Part shown: positions 10,201 to 18,323 of the stretch, piece after piece
How positions within the stretch are numbered: the first letter of the stretch is position 1
Layout: each line of letters opens with the position of its first letter
DNA from: Erysipelothrix larvae
Lineage (GTDB): Bacteria > Bacillota_I > Bacilli_A > Erysipelotrichales > Erysipelotrichaceae
Assembly (NCBI RefSeq): GCF_001545095.1
Contig: NZ_CP013213.1
Coordinates: 420,001 to 452,000, forward strand
Reading direction: 5' to 3'
Length of the DNA stretch: 32,000 nt
Position numbers and translations under genes: made by a program
The notes under the pieces: generated by a model
Told to the model about the DNA's origin: nothing
The model's database searches: none
What the model saw: only the letters and a program-made list of their open reading frames with translations

Positions 10201-12304
10201 TGAAATAATCCAGTTGAATGATACAATCCGTAAGAACGACTTGGGAGATATAATATTATTTGCAGTGTGGGAGAAAATTCCTACCTATTCAATCACCTTT
10301 TTGATTGAAAAGACGGGTGGTGGGACGTTCATTAAGGATGAACAAAGTCTTGATACGATTCGTTTTGACGAAATCAAAATTGGTCAGAAGTTTAAAGATA
10401 TTGTGACTGAGTATCCTAAAGTACAGGCAGATGAGGATTATGTATTCTCACATTGGAGCTTTGATCAAGTAGAGGCCGAGCCGATGTATGTTCAACAAAA
10501 CCTTGTCGTTTATGCTCATTTTGTACAAACCAAGACGTTGGATTTAAGCTTAGTGACCCTGACGCCATCAACAAAGACATACAGTGAACAAGACCCAACT
10601 TATCAGGTTGAATGGCCCTTTGATGCACCACAGGAACATTTTGATTTTATCACCAATCGTGAAGCAGGTGAAACGGTACGCGAAACACCTTATGAAGTAA
10701 CACTCAGCATTCGACCAAAACCTCGATATGAACGATTTTATACAATGGTGAATGCCGTAGCACCAAGCACACTAAGTATTTTACCGTTAAATGTGAGTGT
10801 GAGTCCACAGGACAATGAGAAGACATATGGAATGGATGATCCAGAGATATTGAGTGCTGTATCTGTTGACTTTGAAGTGCTTGAGCATGCAATGGCTGAT
10901 TTTAAGAAACCTGAAGTTGTCTTCACGGTGGAGCGTGACATAGGAGAAAATGCGGGAGATTATGAAATCAACGTCCACCCAATCAGTGATCCAAATTATA
11001 CTTTCACAACCCATAAGGCAATCTTTAGGATTCACAAACAAACGACGCCTTTAGTCCTTGAAGCACCTAATCTATCAAAAATCTATGGAGATCCTGATCC
11101 GACTCAAACCGAACTAATAAAAGGTGTCACGGGTAAAAATCTTTCATTACGGGATACCTTTGAAGCACTGAAATTGAGTGTAAGTCGTGAGCCAGGAGAA
11201 GGGGCGAATGTTTATAAAACAACCGTGAATTTTGATCCAATTGTGTATGAAAATTATGCGAGTGTTGAAGTTGTAGATGGGACACTCACAATTGATAAAC
11301 GGAACATAACATTACATGTGGACAATCTCCCTCAAGGCGATACGGTATTGTATCAAGACAGCATATTACCGCCACTACGTGCAAGACTTGATCAAAACAC
11401 ACCTCTGGCATTCAATGATGAAGCCTTAAATTATGAAGTTTATCTTGTAGACTATGAGGGTTCATTTGACAAGATGACCTATGATATCAGTTGTCGGTTT
11501 GATCCTGAGGATTTAGTGAATCGAAATTATAATATTAAGGTGGTGAAGGGAACCTTAACCTTGCGTGAAAAACCTGTCGTTCCATCACCCCCTGAATCTT
11601 CAAAGGATCGTGAAGTTGGTCCAGAGAAAGTAAAACCACCTGTCCCAAATGTTCCAGAAACAGGTGAAGAAACAAACCAATCATCCAGCGAAAAAACTCC
11701 TGATTCTAAATCATATGAAACAACAAAAGAGCCGGATGTTCAAAAAGATGCTATAAGTCCTCCGGTGAATAAAGAGGCAGTGATTGAACACGGTAACAAA
11801 GGGGTAGTGATTGAACACGGTAACAAAGGGGAAGTGGTTGAACAAGGTAACAAAGATGCAGTGGTTGAACCTGGTAAAAAAGAAGAAGTGGTTGAACCTA
11901 GTAAAAAAGAGAATACGGTTCCCGTTGATCGTACCAGTGACCTCAATTTTACACAAAATACGACATGGTCGCTTGTGAATTTAGCGGTCGCACTGTGTAC
12001 TTTTATCTCAGCATGTCTTCTTGCACTAGGACTCATTAAACAAACAAAACTTAAGGGTGAATTGAGTGATGAAGACTCACCTACTATGTATTGGACCCAT
12101 GTCCGTACCTGGCAAATCTTATCAGTACTTGGTGGACTGAGTGCTGGAATTCTTTTTATCATCACACAAGATATGGTGGGTAAGATGGTATTGAGTGATC
12201 GATGGACCCCTTATATGGTAGCCTTATTGGGAATTCAAGGCGTATGTGGTTTAATTGGGTATCTAAAAAAGAAACGCGCACACGATTTGAATAACGAGAA
12301 ATAA
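7244..12304 (+). CDS. Giant (1686 aa) surface protein with a signal peptide, multiple Listeria-Bacteroides (Flg_new) repeats, MBG-type domains, a P/E/K-rich stalk with 9-aa tandem repeats, and a three-TM C-terminal anchor
   Basis: The ATG at 7244 is preceded by a GGGGGGA RBS. The signal peptide is MKDKRLSNVLVSCFMFLIMVASSISFFNVRAED. Flg_new-like units recur (F.GW...........(L/I)YA.W). MBG-like units are present (KTYGMDDPE, KIYGDPDPT, ...GDYEI...NYN...GTLTI). The C-terminus has three hydrophobic segments and no LPXTG. Confidence 0.85.
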   Translation: MKDKRLSNVLVSCFMFLIMVASSISFFNVRAEDVVCSELSPVEGFVKRETYARFFDENMEEYATKYLLEFYVQGRLNTTLSRVVEDGKPYTILERDLPKHESKCWRVIEVTRNFEASDVYGLGSVLTYSRDFRNVLIRLVPFDEPDHIVEHRVDFMVGQDVFTSIMVRDGNVVNMPKETPPKPNYKLQFKGWFIDEDLLIPFDSTEPIIGYLKLYAGFKNTFTVTFKDASGEVYDIREGEIGRGIDAPSQNPKSLVEGMDFQFWMNESDRSDAMVDFPLGVYKDITLIPYFSNESTVNFYSSNTLIDSQHVKVGESIQNFPTPQNEGYHFEGWGLKADASWENQEDFFDVTTPITSPIQLFAIWRPLIVSYRVDYYVEKLNFKGRPGTNLHNYQHTASVNIDESNSSVYAGTVIDGDQLRDYANQYFTDATNGTLGTHDVSSLNLDLLFSEFSFGASTIIQGDGSSIIQVYYTRIPLSVRFDLGSSFEAIEINGEVYHQSQSVYTLIAKYGQDISELFPGQSNVWNKDGNQFESWSVVGTQNAVGQDVKVLGSPSTFPYWLVPVNYETNRLITLKANVAVNSEQASRHVYVSVSEQHLKNVPISEVFELSQVEGLKVLAPHFIRHEGVTYEHVDKYDETFIVSNGLQSSSDALPVISGQTFHSSHIVNHVEMKRVSQFIFYTRDEVALHFDPMQGSLEPAEKVMAIPSGDTISQWLKDHEMDLPVPKHPKENHQFLGWYTTNNPNNALEFDPQSKMPTQKWTVFALYEPNVNSVEIYSSTLDGNYIDFQSINHGEPVKEISKFKKGYYYDGLGQFIGWGVYAPDLIQYNFNEAVYKDLQIYGMWKNNDFRITYDLGDGLGMAPVDTNTYQFNDRVSLPQRLDIRNSKGDCLVGWVDTKSNEFYDPDIRYRIQYDTIFKAVYLPQNSDVSTVEYHENNDSEGQRLTYVLLVNDVLNRTFDKGYFEREGYVQIGWSTTSSGPVDIGLYEIIQLNDTIRKNDLGDIILFAVWEKIPTYSITFLIEKTGGGTFIKDEQSLDTIRFDEIKIGQKFKDIVTEYPKVQADEDYVFSHWSFDQVEAEPMYVQQNLVVYAHFVQTKTLDLSLVTLTPSTKTYSEQDPTYQVEWPFDAPQEHFDFITNREAGETVRETPYEVTLSIRPKPRYERFYTMVNAVAPSTLSILPLNVSVSPQDNEKTYGMDDPEILSAVSVDFEVLEHAMADFKKPEVVFTVERDIGENAGDYEINVHPISDPNYTFTTHKAIFRIHKQTTPLVLEAPNLSKIYGDPDPTQTELIKGVTGKNLSLRDTFEALKLSVSREPGEGANVYKTTVNFDPIVYENYASVEVVDGTLTIDKRNITLHVDNLPQGDTVLYQDSILPPLRARLDQNTPLAFNDEALNYEVYLVDYEGSFDKMTYDISCRFDPEDLVNRNYNIKVVKGTLTLREKPVVPSPPESSKDREVGPEKVKPPVPNVPETGEETNQSSSEKTPDSKSYETTKEPDVQKDAISPPVNKEAVIEHGNKGVVIEHGNKGEVVEQGNKDAVVEPGKKEEVVEPSKKENTVPVDRTSDLNFTQNTTWSLVNLAVALCTFISACLLALGLIKQTKLKGELSDEDSPTMYWTHVRTWQILSVLGGLSAGILFIITQDMVGKMVLSDRWTPYMVALLGIQGVCGLIGYLKKKRAHDLNNEK
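11771..11905 (+). repeat. Five in-frame tandem copies of a 27-bp unit (9-aa repeat K-x-x-V-(I/V)-E-x-G-(N/K)) inside the giant surface protein gene
   Basis: Copies lie at 11771-11797, 11798-11824, 11825-11851, 11852-11878 and 11879-11905 (aaaggggtagtgattgaacacggtaac and variants). They translate as KEAVIEHGN KGVVIEHGN KGEVVEQGN KDAVVEPGK KEEVVEPSK. Confidence 0.9.
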
Positions 12305-12313
12305 AAAATAGTT

Positions 12314-12354
12314 AAAAAAAGAAAATGGCCGAAATTAAATTTGGCCATTTTTTT
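12314..12354. terminator. Bidirectional intrinsic terminator between the giant surface protein gene and Mga-like paralog 3
   Basis: aaaatggcc (12322-12330) pairs with ggccatttt (12343-12351). An A7 run lies upstream and a T7 run downstream. It sits exactly between the stops at 12304 (+) and 12353 (-). Confidence 0.7.
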
Positions 12355-13840
12355 AAGATTTATGCGTTGCGATATCAAGAATAAGATTACGCAAGTGCGT
12401 CCATTCCGCAAGATTGGGAATATAGGACAAGCGTACGACAGGACACGGGATATCTTCAGAATTGGGAATGTCATAATTCGCTACGACCAAATCAATCTGA
12501 TTGTCTTTGATTTTCTCAAAGGTAATGGGTTCATTGAAGATGTATTGTGGTTTTGTGGAATGTGGAATCATAAAATAGGTTGCTTGGATTAAGAAATCAT
12601 CATAACCCGGTTCTCCTTGAAAGGAGAATAAAATCTTCACTTCATTTTGTTTTAAATGACTCAACAAAGAGAAATGAAGCATAGCGAGTGCAGAGGCAAC
12701 ATCTTGAGTATTGGTGATTTCAAACACATCTTGAGCGTGTTTGGTTTTTAAATGTTCCATCCACGTTAAATAAAACTTGTTAATGGATTCTTTGGTAAAG
12801 ATTCGTGTTGCTAATGAGAGCTTTTGAAAAGAAGGGGAGATTTGCGATAAGGATCTAAGATTGATTAAGAACGAACGCATGTTTTCAATGTAGGCACTTG
12901 ACATTATTGATGCATCAAATTCTAAGGATAAAAAGTTATCGACGCGCTTTAAGAAGTCATCTGTTACTTCGCGGTGAAATACAAAGGTTTCATAATTCAA
13001 TTCACTATAGGAAACACAATGAAGCATGATTAAATAAAGCCATCGAATTTCATCTTCAGAAACATCATCCAGATTAAACTGATCTGAAAAAGCCTGTTGA
13101 ACACAGGTCTTGAATCCCTGATAATTATCCAAAGACTTGGATTCAATTGAATAGGGTGTTTTGATCGTTAAGGTGTTTTGAGTACTTAGGCGTTGTTTTA
13201 GAATCATAAACCACAAGGTTGTTCTAAAGTAATTGAGATGCAGCTTTTTACCATTATAATTGGATGCAGTTTCTAAAAGCAGTTGATAGGTTGGACTGTT
13301 TGTTTCATAGTCAGGATCGGTAACAGTTAGGTCGTTGAAGTCTGAATAAAAGGCATAGAAAAAGTAGCGAATATCCGATTCACCGCCTTTAAATTCTACA
13401 GTCGATGTGGACAGAGAAATATTAAATTGTTTCAATTCTTCATTAATATGGGATAAGGTGCGTTTTAGAGTAAAGGGTGAAATAAACAGGTTATAGGTTA
13501 GTTCATCAAAGGTATAAATTTCATTGTGAAAGAGCCCATCTATAATCTTATAAACATCAGTATTCTTTGCAAGTTCCATGGTAATTTTAGGGATTGAAAG
13601 TCCTTCAGGATAACTTAAAAAGTAACCGTTTTTCCCTAAGGATTCCACGCGCATATAGGGTGGGAGCTCTTCATTGAGTTCTCGAATGTCGGAACGAAGG
13701 GTTGGAATGGAACATTCAACGTGTTCTGCCAGTTCAATGATACTGACTGAAGAGTGCACTGAAGACAAGTAGTAAAGTACTTGGACTTTACGGCTGAATT
13801 GTTTGTTGTTGTTGAGCGCGTAGAATAAACGTTTAAACAT
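12353..13840 (-). CDS. Mga-family transcriptional regulator, paralog 3 (closest to paralog 2)
   Basis: The ORF is 495 aa and is preceded by AGGAGG. The HTH is VSIIELAEHVECSIPTLRSDIREL. By eye it is roughly half identical to 3361-4872. The two genes share a 17-nt identical DNA block, gtccattccgcaagatt (12399-12415 versus 3407-3423). Confidence 0.75.
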   Translation of the reverse strand: MFKRLFYALNNNKQFSRKVQVLYYLSSVHSSVSIIELAEHVECSIPTLRSDIRELNEELPPYMRVESLGKNGYFLSYPEGLSIPKITMELAKNTDVYKIIDGLFHNEIYTFDELTYNLFISPFTLKRTLSHINEELKQFNISLSTSTVEFKGGESDIRYFFYAFYSDFNDLTVTDPDYETNSPTYQLLLETASNYNGKKLHLNYFRTTLWFMILKQRLSTQNTLTIKTPYSIESKSLDNYQGFKTCVQQAFSDQFNLDDVSEDEIRWLYLIMLHCVSYSELNYETFVFHREVTDDFLKRVDNFLSLEFDASIMSSAYIENMRSFLINLRSLSQISPSFQKLSLATRIFTKESINKFYLTWMEHLKTKHAQDVFEITNTQDVASALAMLHFSLLSHLKQNEVKILFSFQGEPGYDDFLIQATYFMIPHSTKPQYIFNEPITFEKIKDNQIDLVVANYDIPNSEDIPCPVVRLSYIPNLAEWTHLRNLILDIATHKS

Positions 13841-14150
13841 TGATGGCCTCCTTAATCATAGCTGGTTTTTTGAGTGCTATTTTATGCTGTTGCACAAAAA
13901 AGAACCGAAGTCGTTTCATTTAACAATGAATTTTGTTTTAGCTGATTTATTGCTACCTATACTATATCTCAAAACGAATCGGTTATCATTAGACATAATT
14001 CTTTTTTATACCAAAAATTAATTTTATTTTCACAAGAACGCCTTATTCACCAAATCACCGGTGTTTTTTTATGAAAAACATGGGAAAGTCAATCTTCTGT
14101 GTCTATTTATTTGGTATAAGAACCAAAAACTCACACAGAAAGGAATTGAC

Positions 14151-16586
14151 ATGAAGAAACGATTCACAACAATGTTATTTCGAGGGCTACTGTGTTTCAT
14201 GATGGTGCTAACAAGTATCCCCTTTATTAATCCTCTAGATGTGGATGCCAGTTCGGTATCATCAAAAATCGATTACATGAACATCCACTATACGATGGGC
14301 TCATATAAGGGTCAACTGGGTCGCATCTATGTTGATAAACTTTTAGCTGTATGTATTGAACCAAGTACAGAGTTTATTGGGGGCGATTATGCGAAACACC
14401 CCATTAACAACAGTGGATTAAGTGAAACAAAACTAAAGAAGATTCGTCTGATTGATTACTATGGTAAACAGATGAACATGGCGGAGGATGACCATGTCTA
14501 TGCAACCGTACAATTGTATATTTGGGAAGTGATATCAGAGCGCATTGTATCGTCAATTAATGGAGACTTATCACTGATACACTATGAATCAATTAAAGAG
14601 CAAATCAATCGAAGCATTACGCGTCATGATATGATGCCTTCATTTCATAACAAAACATTCGAAGTTGAAGAAAACACGACCTTTGAACTGTTGGATACAA
14701 ACGCTGTGTTAAGTCAATTTGTTGTTACTTCGTCAAATCCAGAGGTTGCAACCCTGACGCAAAGCGGGAATAAGCTCATCATCAAGACACATAAAGAAGG
14801 AACCTTTGAACTAAAGGGGCAAAAAATCGATGCCAAGGATGTCGGTGACAGCTTTTCCTATTTAAAACCAGGACTTCAAACCTTAGCAACCCTAAAGTTG
14901 GATGATCCACTCAACCTTTTTGTATCCTTCACATCAACCACATCAAATGAATCCTTTGAGTTAACAAAACTGGATGATCAAGGAAATGTTGTGGAAGGGG
15001 CAGTGTTTGACATTGGGGGAATTAAATATACCACCAACAAAAACGGTAAAATTCTAATATCAGATCTCAAACCCCAGACCTTAACCTATCAAGAAACCTT
15101 TGTACCCGATCCTTTAATCGTGGATCATAAAACCTACGAAGTGAGCATTGAAAAAGGAAAGACAGCCCTTGTTTCTGTGGAAAATAAGACCGCAACTGGA
15201 AAAATCACGCTGAAAAAAACCACTGAAGATGGAAACGGTGTTGAAGGGGTACGCTTTGGAATTTATCGCAATCAAATTGAAATCATGCAAGTAATTACAA
15301 ATTCAAAAGGAGAAGCACAAAGCAGTGCTTTACCATTGGGTGAGTATGAAGTGATTGAATTAAGTGTTCCTGATTATCTCATCCTCGATCAAACACCACG
15401 AAAAGCAGTGCTTTCCTATAAAGACCAAGACACGCCCATTGTGTATGCGCACATCGATATCACCAATTTGTATCGACCGGTCGCAACAATCAGCACCTCA
15501 CGCATTCGTATCGATACTCAAAAGGCTGAGGATGGTTTGCTTGTTGAAGCTTGGTTTTCAAAAACCATGCATTATCACGATGCAGTCAATGACTTTAAAG
15601 AAACCACTGTACGGGTAGAAGTGGTGAATCAGACTTATCAATCCATAGTTTATTCCCAAGAGTACACGGTGCTAAGTTTACCTGATTTTGATGTTTATCA
15701 GCTTCCATCTCACATTCAAGGCATTGATGAATCGCATCACTATGAAGTGAGATTGTCGACTCAAGAAAGTCATAAAGTAACCCTTGAACACCCATCCATC
15801 AATACCTTAGGGGTTACTGCATCCCAACAATCCATGTTTGAAAACAGCCAAGATACCCCGACACTGTATGTTGAAGGGATTGTTCGTACAGAACGCTATC
15901 AAGGGCAAAGCATGCTGATGTATTTTGAGCGCTTTGAAATAACAGTTCCCCAAATGGATGCATTGATTGCAGGACGGGGATTTGCTTATGATGTCACAAC
16001 ATCGTATTCCAATGACCTAAACAAAACAACACAGGTTAGCCTTACCCTCATGGCGCATAATGAACTGGTGGATGGGGATTGGTATGCGCGCACGGCTTCG
16101 ATGGCGATGATTCCTTTAGAAAATAAAGGAACAATGCATCAGGTACCGCGTGTGTATGCCTATAAAGATATCAGTGGCGCACTTATTAATGAAACGACGT
16201 ATCAAACCCTGACACAACAACAAAAAGAACAATACCGGGATGGGGGTCATCAAATCTTGACACCCCTGTGGTCTTCTGACTTGGGAATTTATCATCTGAA
16301 ACTTGTATCAGATCCAATTGGGGTTCATGAAATTACAGTTACCTTTAGTGATCAAATCGAATTGTATGCGTATCTGTTTGGGTGGGAAAATGATGAAGGC
16401 CCTTCACCAACAATCAAATCAGACCAAGTGTTGGTATCTCCAATATACAGTGCTGATGCGAATCAAAATGGCACCCTTGATGTATGGGAAGACACACCGA
16501 TGCCAGACAATTGGGGGATCACGCAAAAGGATGGATCAAGGACCTTATCCATCGCCGAGAAACAGTTTTTAGACCTTAACAATTAA
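14151..16586 (+). CDS. Secreted 811-aa adhesin-like protein with a signal peptide, a possible thioester (TQXA-like) domain, two SpaA/Cna-B-type Ig-like domains and a ~350-aa C-terminal region of unknown fold; no sorting signal
   Basis: The ATG at 14151 is preceded by AAAGGA. The signal peptide is MKKRFTTMLFRGLLCFMMVLTSIPFINPLDVDA/SS. Possible thioester motifs are AVCIEP (Cys codon 14352-14354) and TVQLYIW (Gln codon 14511-14513). Cna-B/SpaA-like units are FELTKLDDQGNVVEGAVFDI... and GKITLKKTTEDGNGVEGVRFGIY...LPLGEYEVIELSVPDYLI. There is no LPXTG or C-terminal TM segment. Confidence 0.7.
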   Translation: MKKRFTTMLFRGLLCFMMVLTSIPFINPLDVDASSVSSKIDYMNIHYTMGSYKGQLGRIYVDKLLAVCIEPSTEFIGGDYAKHPINNSGLSETKLKKIRLIDYYGKQMNMAEDDHVYATVQLYIWEVISERIVSSINGDLSLIHYESIKEQINRSITRHDMMPSFHNKTFEVEENTTFELLDTNAVLSQFVVTSSNPEVATLTQSGNKLIIKTHKEGTFELKGQKIDAKDVGDSFSYLKPGLQTLATLKLDDPLNLFVSFTSTTSNESFELTKLDDQGNVVEGAVFDIGGIKYTTNKNGKILISDLKPQTLTYQETFVPDPLIVDHKTYEVSIEKGKTALVSVENKTATGKITLKKTTEDGNGVEGVRFGIYRNQIEIMQVITNSKGEAQSSALPLGEYEVIELSVPDYLILDQTPRKAVLSYKDQDTPIVYAHIDITNLYRPVATISTSRIRIDTQKAEDGLLVEAWFSKTMHYHDAVNDFKETTVRVEVVNQTYQSIVYSQEYTVLSLPDFDVYQLPSHIQGIDESHHYEVRLSTQESHKVTLEHPSINTLGVTASQQSMFENSQDTPTLYVEGIVRTERYQGQSMLMYFERFEITVPQMDALIAGRGFAYDVTTSYSNDLNKTTQVSLTLMAHNELVDGDWYARTASMAMIPLENKGTMHQVPRVYAYKDISGALINETTYQTLTQQQKEQYRDGGHQILTPLWSSDLGIYHLKLVSDPIGVHEITVTFSDQIELYAYLFGWENDEGPSPTIKSDQVLVSPIYSADANQNGTLDVWEDTPMPDNWGITQKDGSRTLSIAEKQFLDLNN

Positions 16587-16613
16587 TGAACTAAACAAAG
16601 GAAGCATAAACGT

Positions 16614-17060
16614 ATGAGAAAATACTTCATAACATTTCTAGTCTTTGGGTGTGGAATGGCGCTGTTTTTCATGCTGTATCAATACAATATGAAGTCAATT
16701 AAACGTGATGGGGTGATGGAAACTCTGGAAAGAACCAGTGAAGTTGCGTATATCAATGCTTTGGATGGATCATATCGAATCACCAAAGGATCCATGAATA
16801 TCACAAGTCAAGAAACCTATGAAACGATATTTAAAGAGATCTTTCTTAACGACTCCACGGTTAATCTTGATCAAGAACACGTCATCTTTGCCTTTGAGTA
16901 CTTAGTTGAACTTGAAGATGGCACAACACTGAATACCGCATTACCCCAACAATTCATTCACCAAGGTGGCGTTGTGAAGGGGATTCGAAATACAGTATGG
17001 GTAGATGGTCAAGATTATTCGGTACGCTATATCTTAGATATATCGAAAGGGCGTGAATAA
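16614..17060 (+). CDS. Small membrane-anchored protein (148 aa), a possible pilus assembly factor or minor pilin-like protein
   Basis: AAGGAAG RBS. An N-terminal TM helix (YFITFLVFGCGMALFFMLY) is followed by a ~120-aa soluble domain. The gene sits immediately upstream of, and is coupled to, the secretion ATPase gene. Confidence 0.5.
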   Translation: MRKYFITFLVFGCGMALFFMLYQYNMKSIKRDGVMETLERTSEVAYINALDGSYRITKGSMNITSQETYETIFKEIFLNDSTVNLDQEHVIFAFEYLVELEDGTTLNTALPQQFIHQGGVVKGIRNTVWVDGQDYSVRYILDISKGRE

Positions 17061-17063
17061 ATT

Positions 17064-18317
17064 TTGTTCAAAAGCAAATCAAACCATGAAACCATTCAAT
17101 CCAATGCCGACATCGGTGGCATGATGGCTGTGATTGAAGATTCCATTAACACAGATTATCCAGAACTATCTGTTAAAGCACTTTTTGATAAACAGGCAAG
17201 AGAAACCTTGCGCATCAACCTCATTAAGGATCATAAGGGTCGATTAAGTGAAGACGCATCCCACCGTATCTTATCCGAGATTGTTGGACTGGGCTTTTTT
17301 GAAGAACTTATCAAAGATGAATCCATTACAGATATTGGCTATAACGGAACGGATTTATGGGTCAAGACCAGTGATACAAAACGCCGCATGCATCACCCTG
17401 ATCTCAATGAAGCCTATATCCTAAAGATCATTCAACGGTTCTCAAATTATGTCCATCAAGAGTTTTCTGAGAAATCACCGATATTAAATGCCCAATTGGA
17501 TAACATACGCATTAATGCAATCCACCGCAAACTCTCACCAACAGGGACTACTATGTCCATGCGCCATGCCCGAAATCGCCTCGTATTAACACACGAAAAC
17601 TGGCACCAATTTGCCCATGATGCAGTGTTTGATCTACTGGATTTATGTCTAAAAATTGGCATCAACCTTGTGATTACAGGGGAAGTTGGAACGGGGAAAA
17701 CTGAACTTCAAAAGCTGTTGATTGGTTCAATTCCTGATGACTTTAAATTGATTATGGTAGAAGATACCTTGGAAACACATCTTAAGGATATTTATCCTGA
17801 TAAAGATATCTTGTCATGGCTTGTTGCACCAGGGTTTAGTCACACTCAGTTTATTAAAGAAGCCCTTCGAAATGACCCAGTCTATACAGTGTTATCCGAA
17901 GCACGCGATCACGCAATCTATGAAATCCATCAATCCGTGTTATCGGGACACAAGATACTATTAACGGCCCATTCCGTGAATGCTCGCGCATTTATCCCAC
18001 GCATGATTGGGATGACTAAACAAAAGTTTCACGTCGATGAAGCTTCCTTGAAACAAGAAATCCTGCGTTACTATGATTTTGGCATTCATTTGGATAAACG
18101 CACGGTGCATGGGAAAACCCTGCGATTCATTTCAGAAGTTGTGGAATATACCGATGCAGGACTTCAGACCTTGTATTCAAAGGATGTCACCATTGATCCA
18201 CAAACCCAACACCTCAGTGAAACCCAACAGTTTTATCCACTTTCAGATGCGATGGTTGATCGCTTATATAAATATGGTTATTCACCACAATGGAATGAGC
18301 GAATCAAAGAGAGGTGA
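17064..18317 (+). CDS. Type II/IV secretion-system ATPase of the CpaF/TadA (T2SSE) type
   Basis: Walker A is VITGEVGTGKTELQKLL, the Asp box is LIMVEDTLE, the Walker B-like motif is TVLSEARD and the His box is ILLTAHS. The N-terminal domain contains ITDIGYNGTDLWV. The start is uncertain: TTG at 17064, 3 nt after the upstream stop, or ATG at 17121. Confidence 0.85.
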   Translation: MFKSKSNHETIQSNADIGGMMAVIEDSINTDYPELSVKALFDKQARETLRINLIKDHKGRLSEDASHRILSEIVGLGFFEELIKDESITDIGYNGTDLWVKTSDTKRRMHHPDLNEAYILKIIQRFSNYVHQEFSEKSPILNAQLDNIRINAIHRKLSPTGTTMSMRHARNRLVLTHENWHQFAHDAVFDLLDLCLKIGINLVITGEVGTGKTELQKLLIGSIPDDFKLIMVEDTLETHLKDIYPDKDILSWLVAPGFSHTQFIKEALRNDPVYTVLSEARDHAIYEIHQSVLSGHKILLTAHSVNARAFIPRMIGMTKQKFHVDEASLKQEILRYYDFGIHLDKRTVHGKTLRFISEVVEYTDAGLQTLYSKDVTIDPQTQHLSETQQFYPLSDAMVDRLYKYGYSPQWNERIKER

Positions 18318-18323
18318 TGTTTG

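Noticed and set aside
11771-11905. Five regularly spaced 27-bp direct repeats that might suggest a CRISPR-like array
   Set aside because: The repeats are directly adjacent with no spacers. They are in frame and encode a 9-aa stalk repeat within a long ORF. No cas genes are present.
11711-12165. Minus-strand ORFs 11711-11956 and 11740-12165
   Set aside because: They lie antisense to the repeat and stalk region of the giant surface protein gene and translate to repetitive F/T/S/L-rich sequence. They are shadow ORFs.
14061-14150. An upstream GTG start extending the adhesin ORF by 30 codons
   Set aside because: The extension (MFFYEKHGKVNLLCLFIWYKNQKLTQKGID) precedes a textbook signal peptide that starts at the ATG at 14151, which has its own AAAGGA RBS. 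The extension lies in promoter-like AT-rich sequence.
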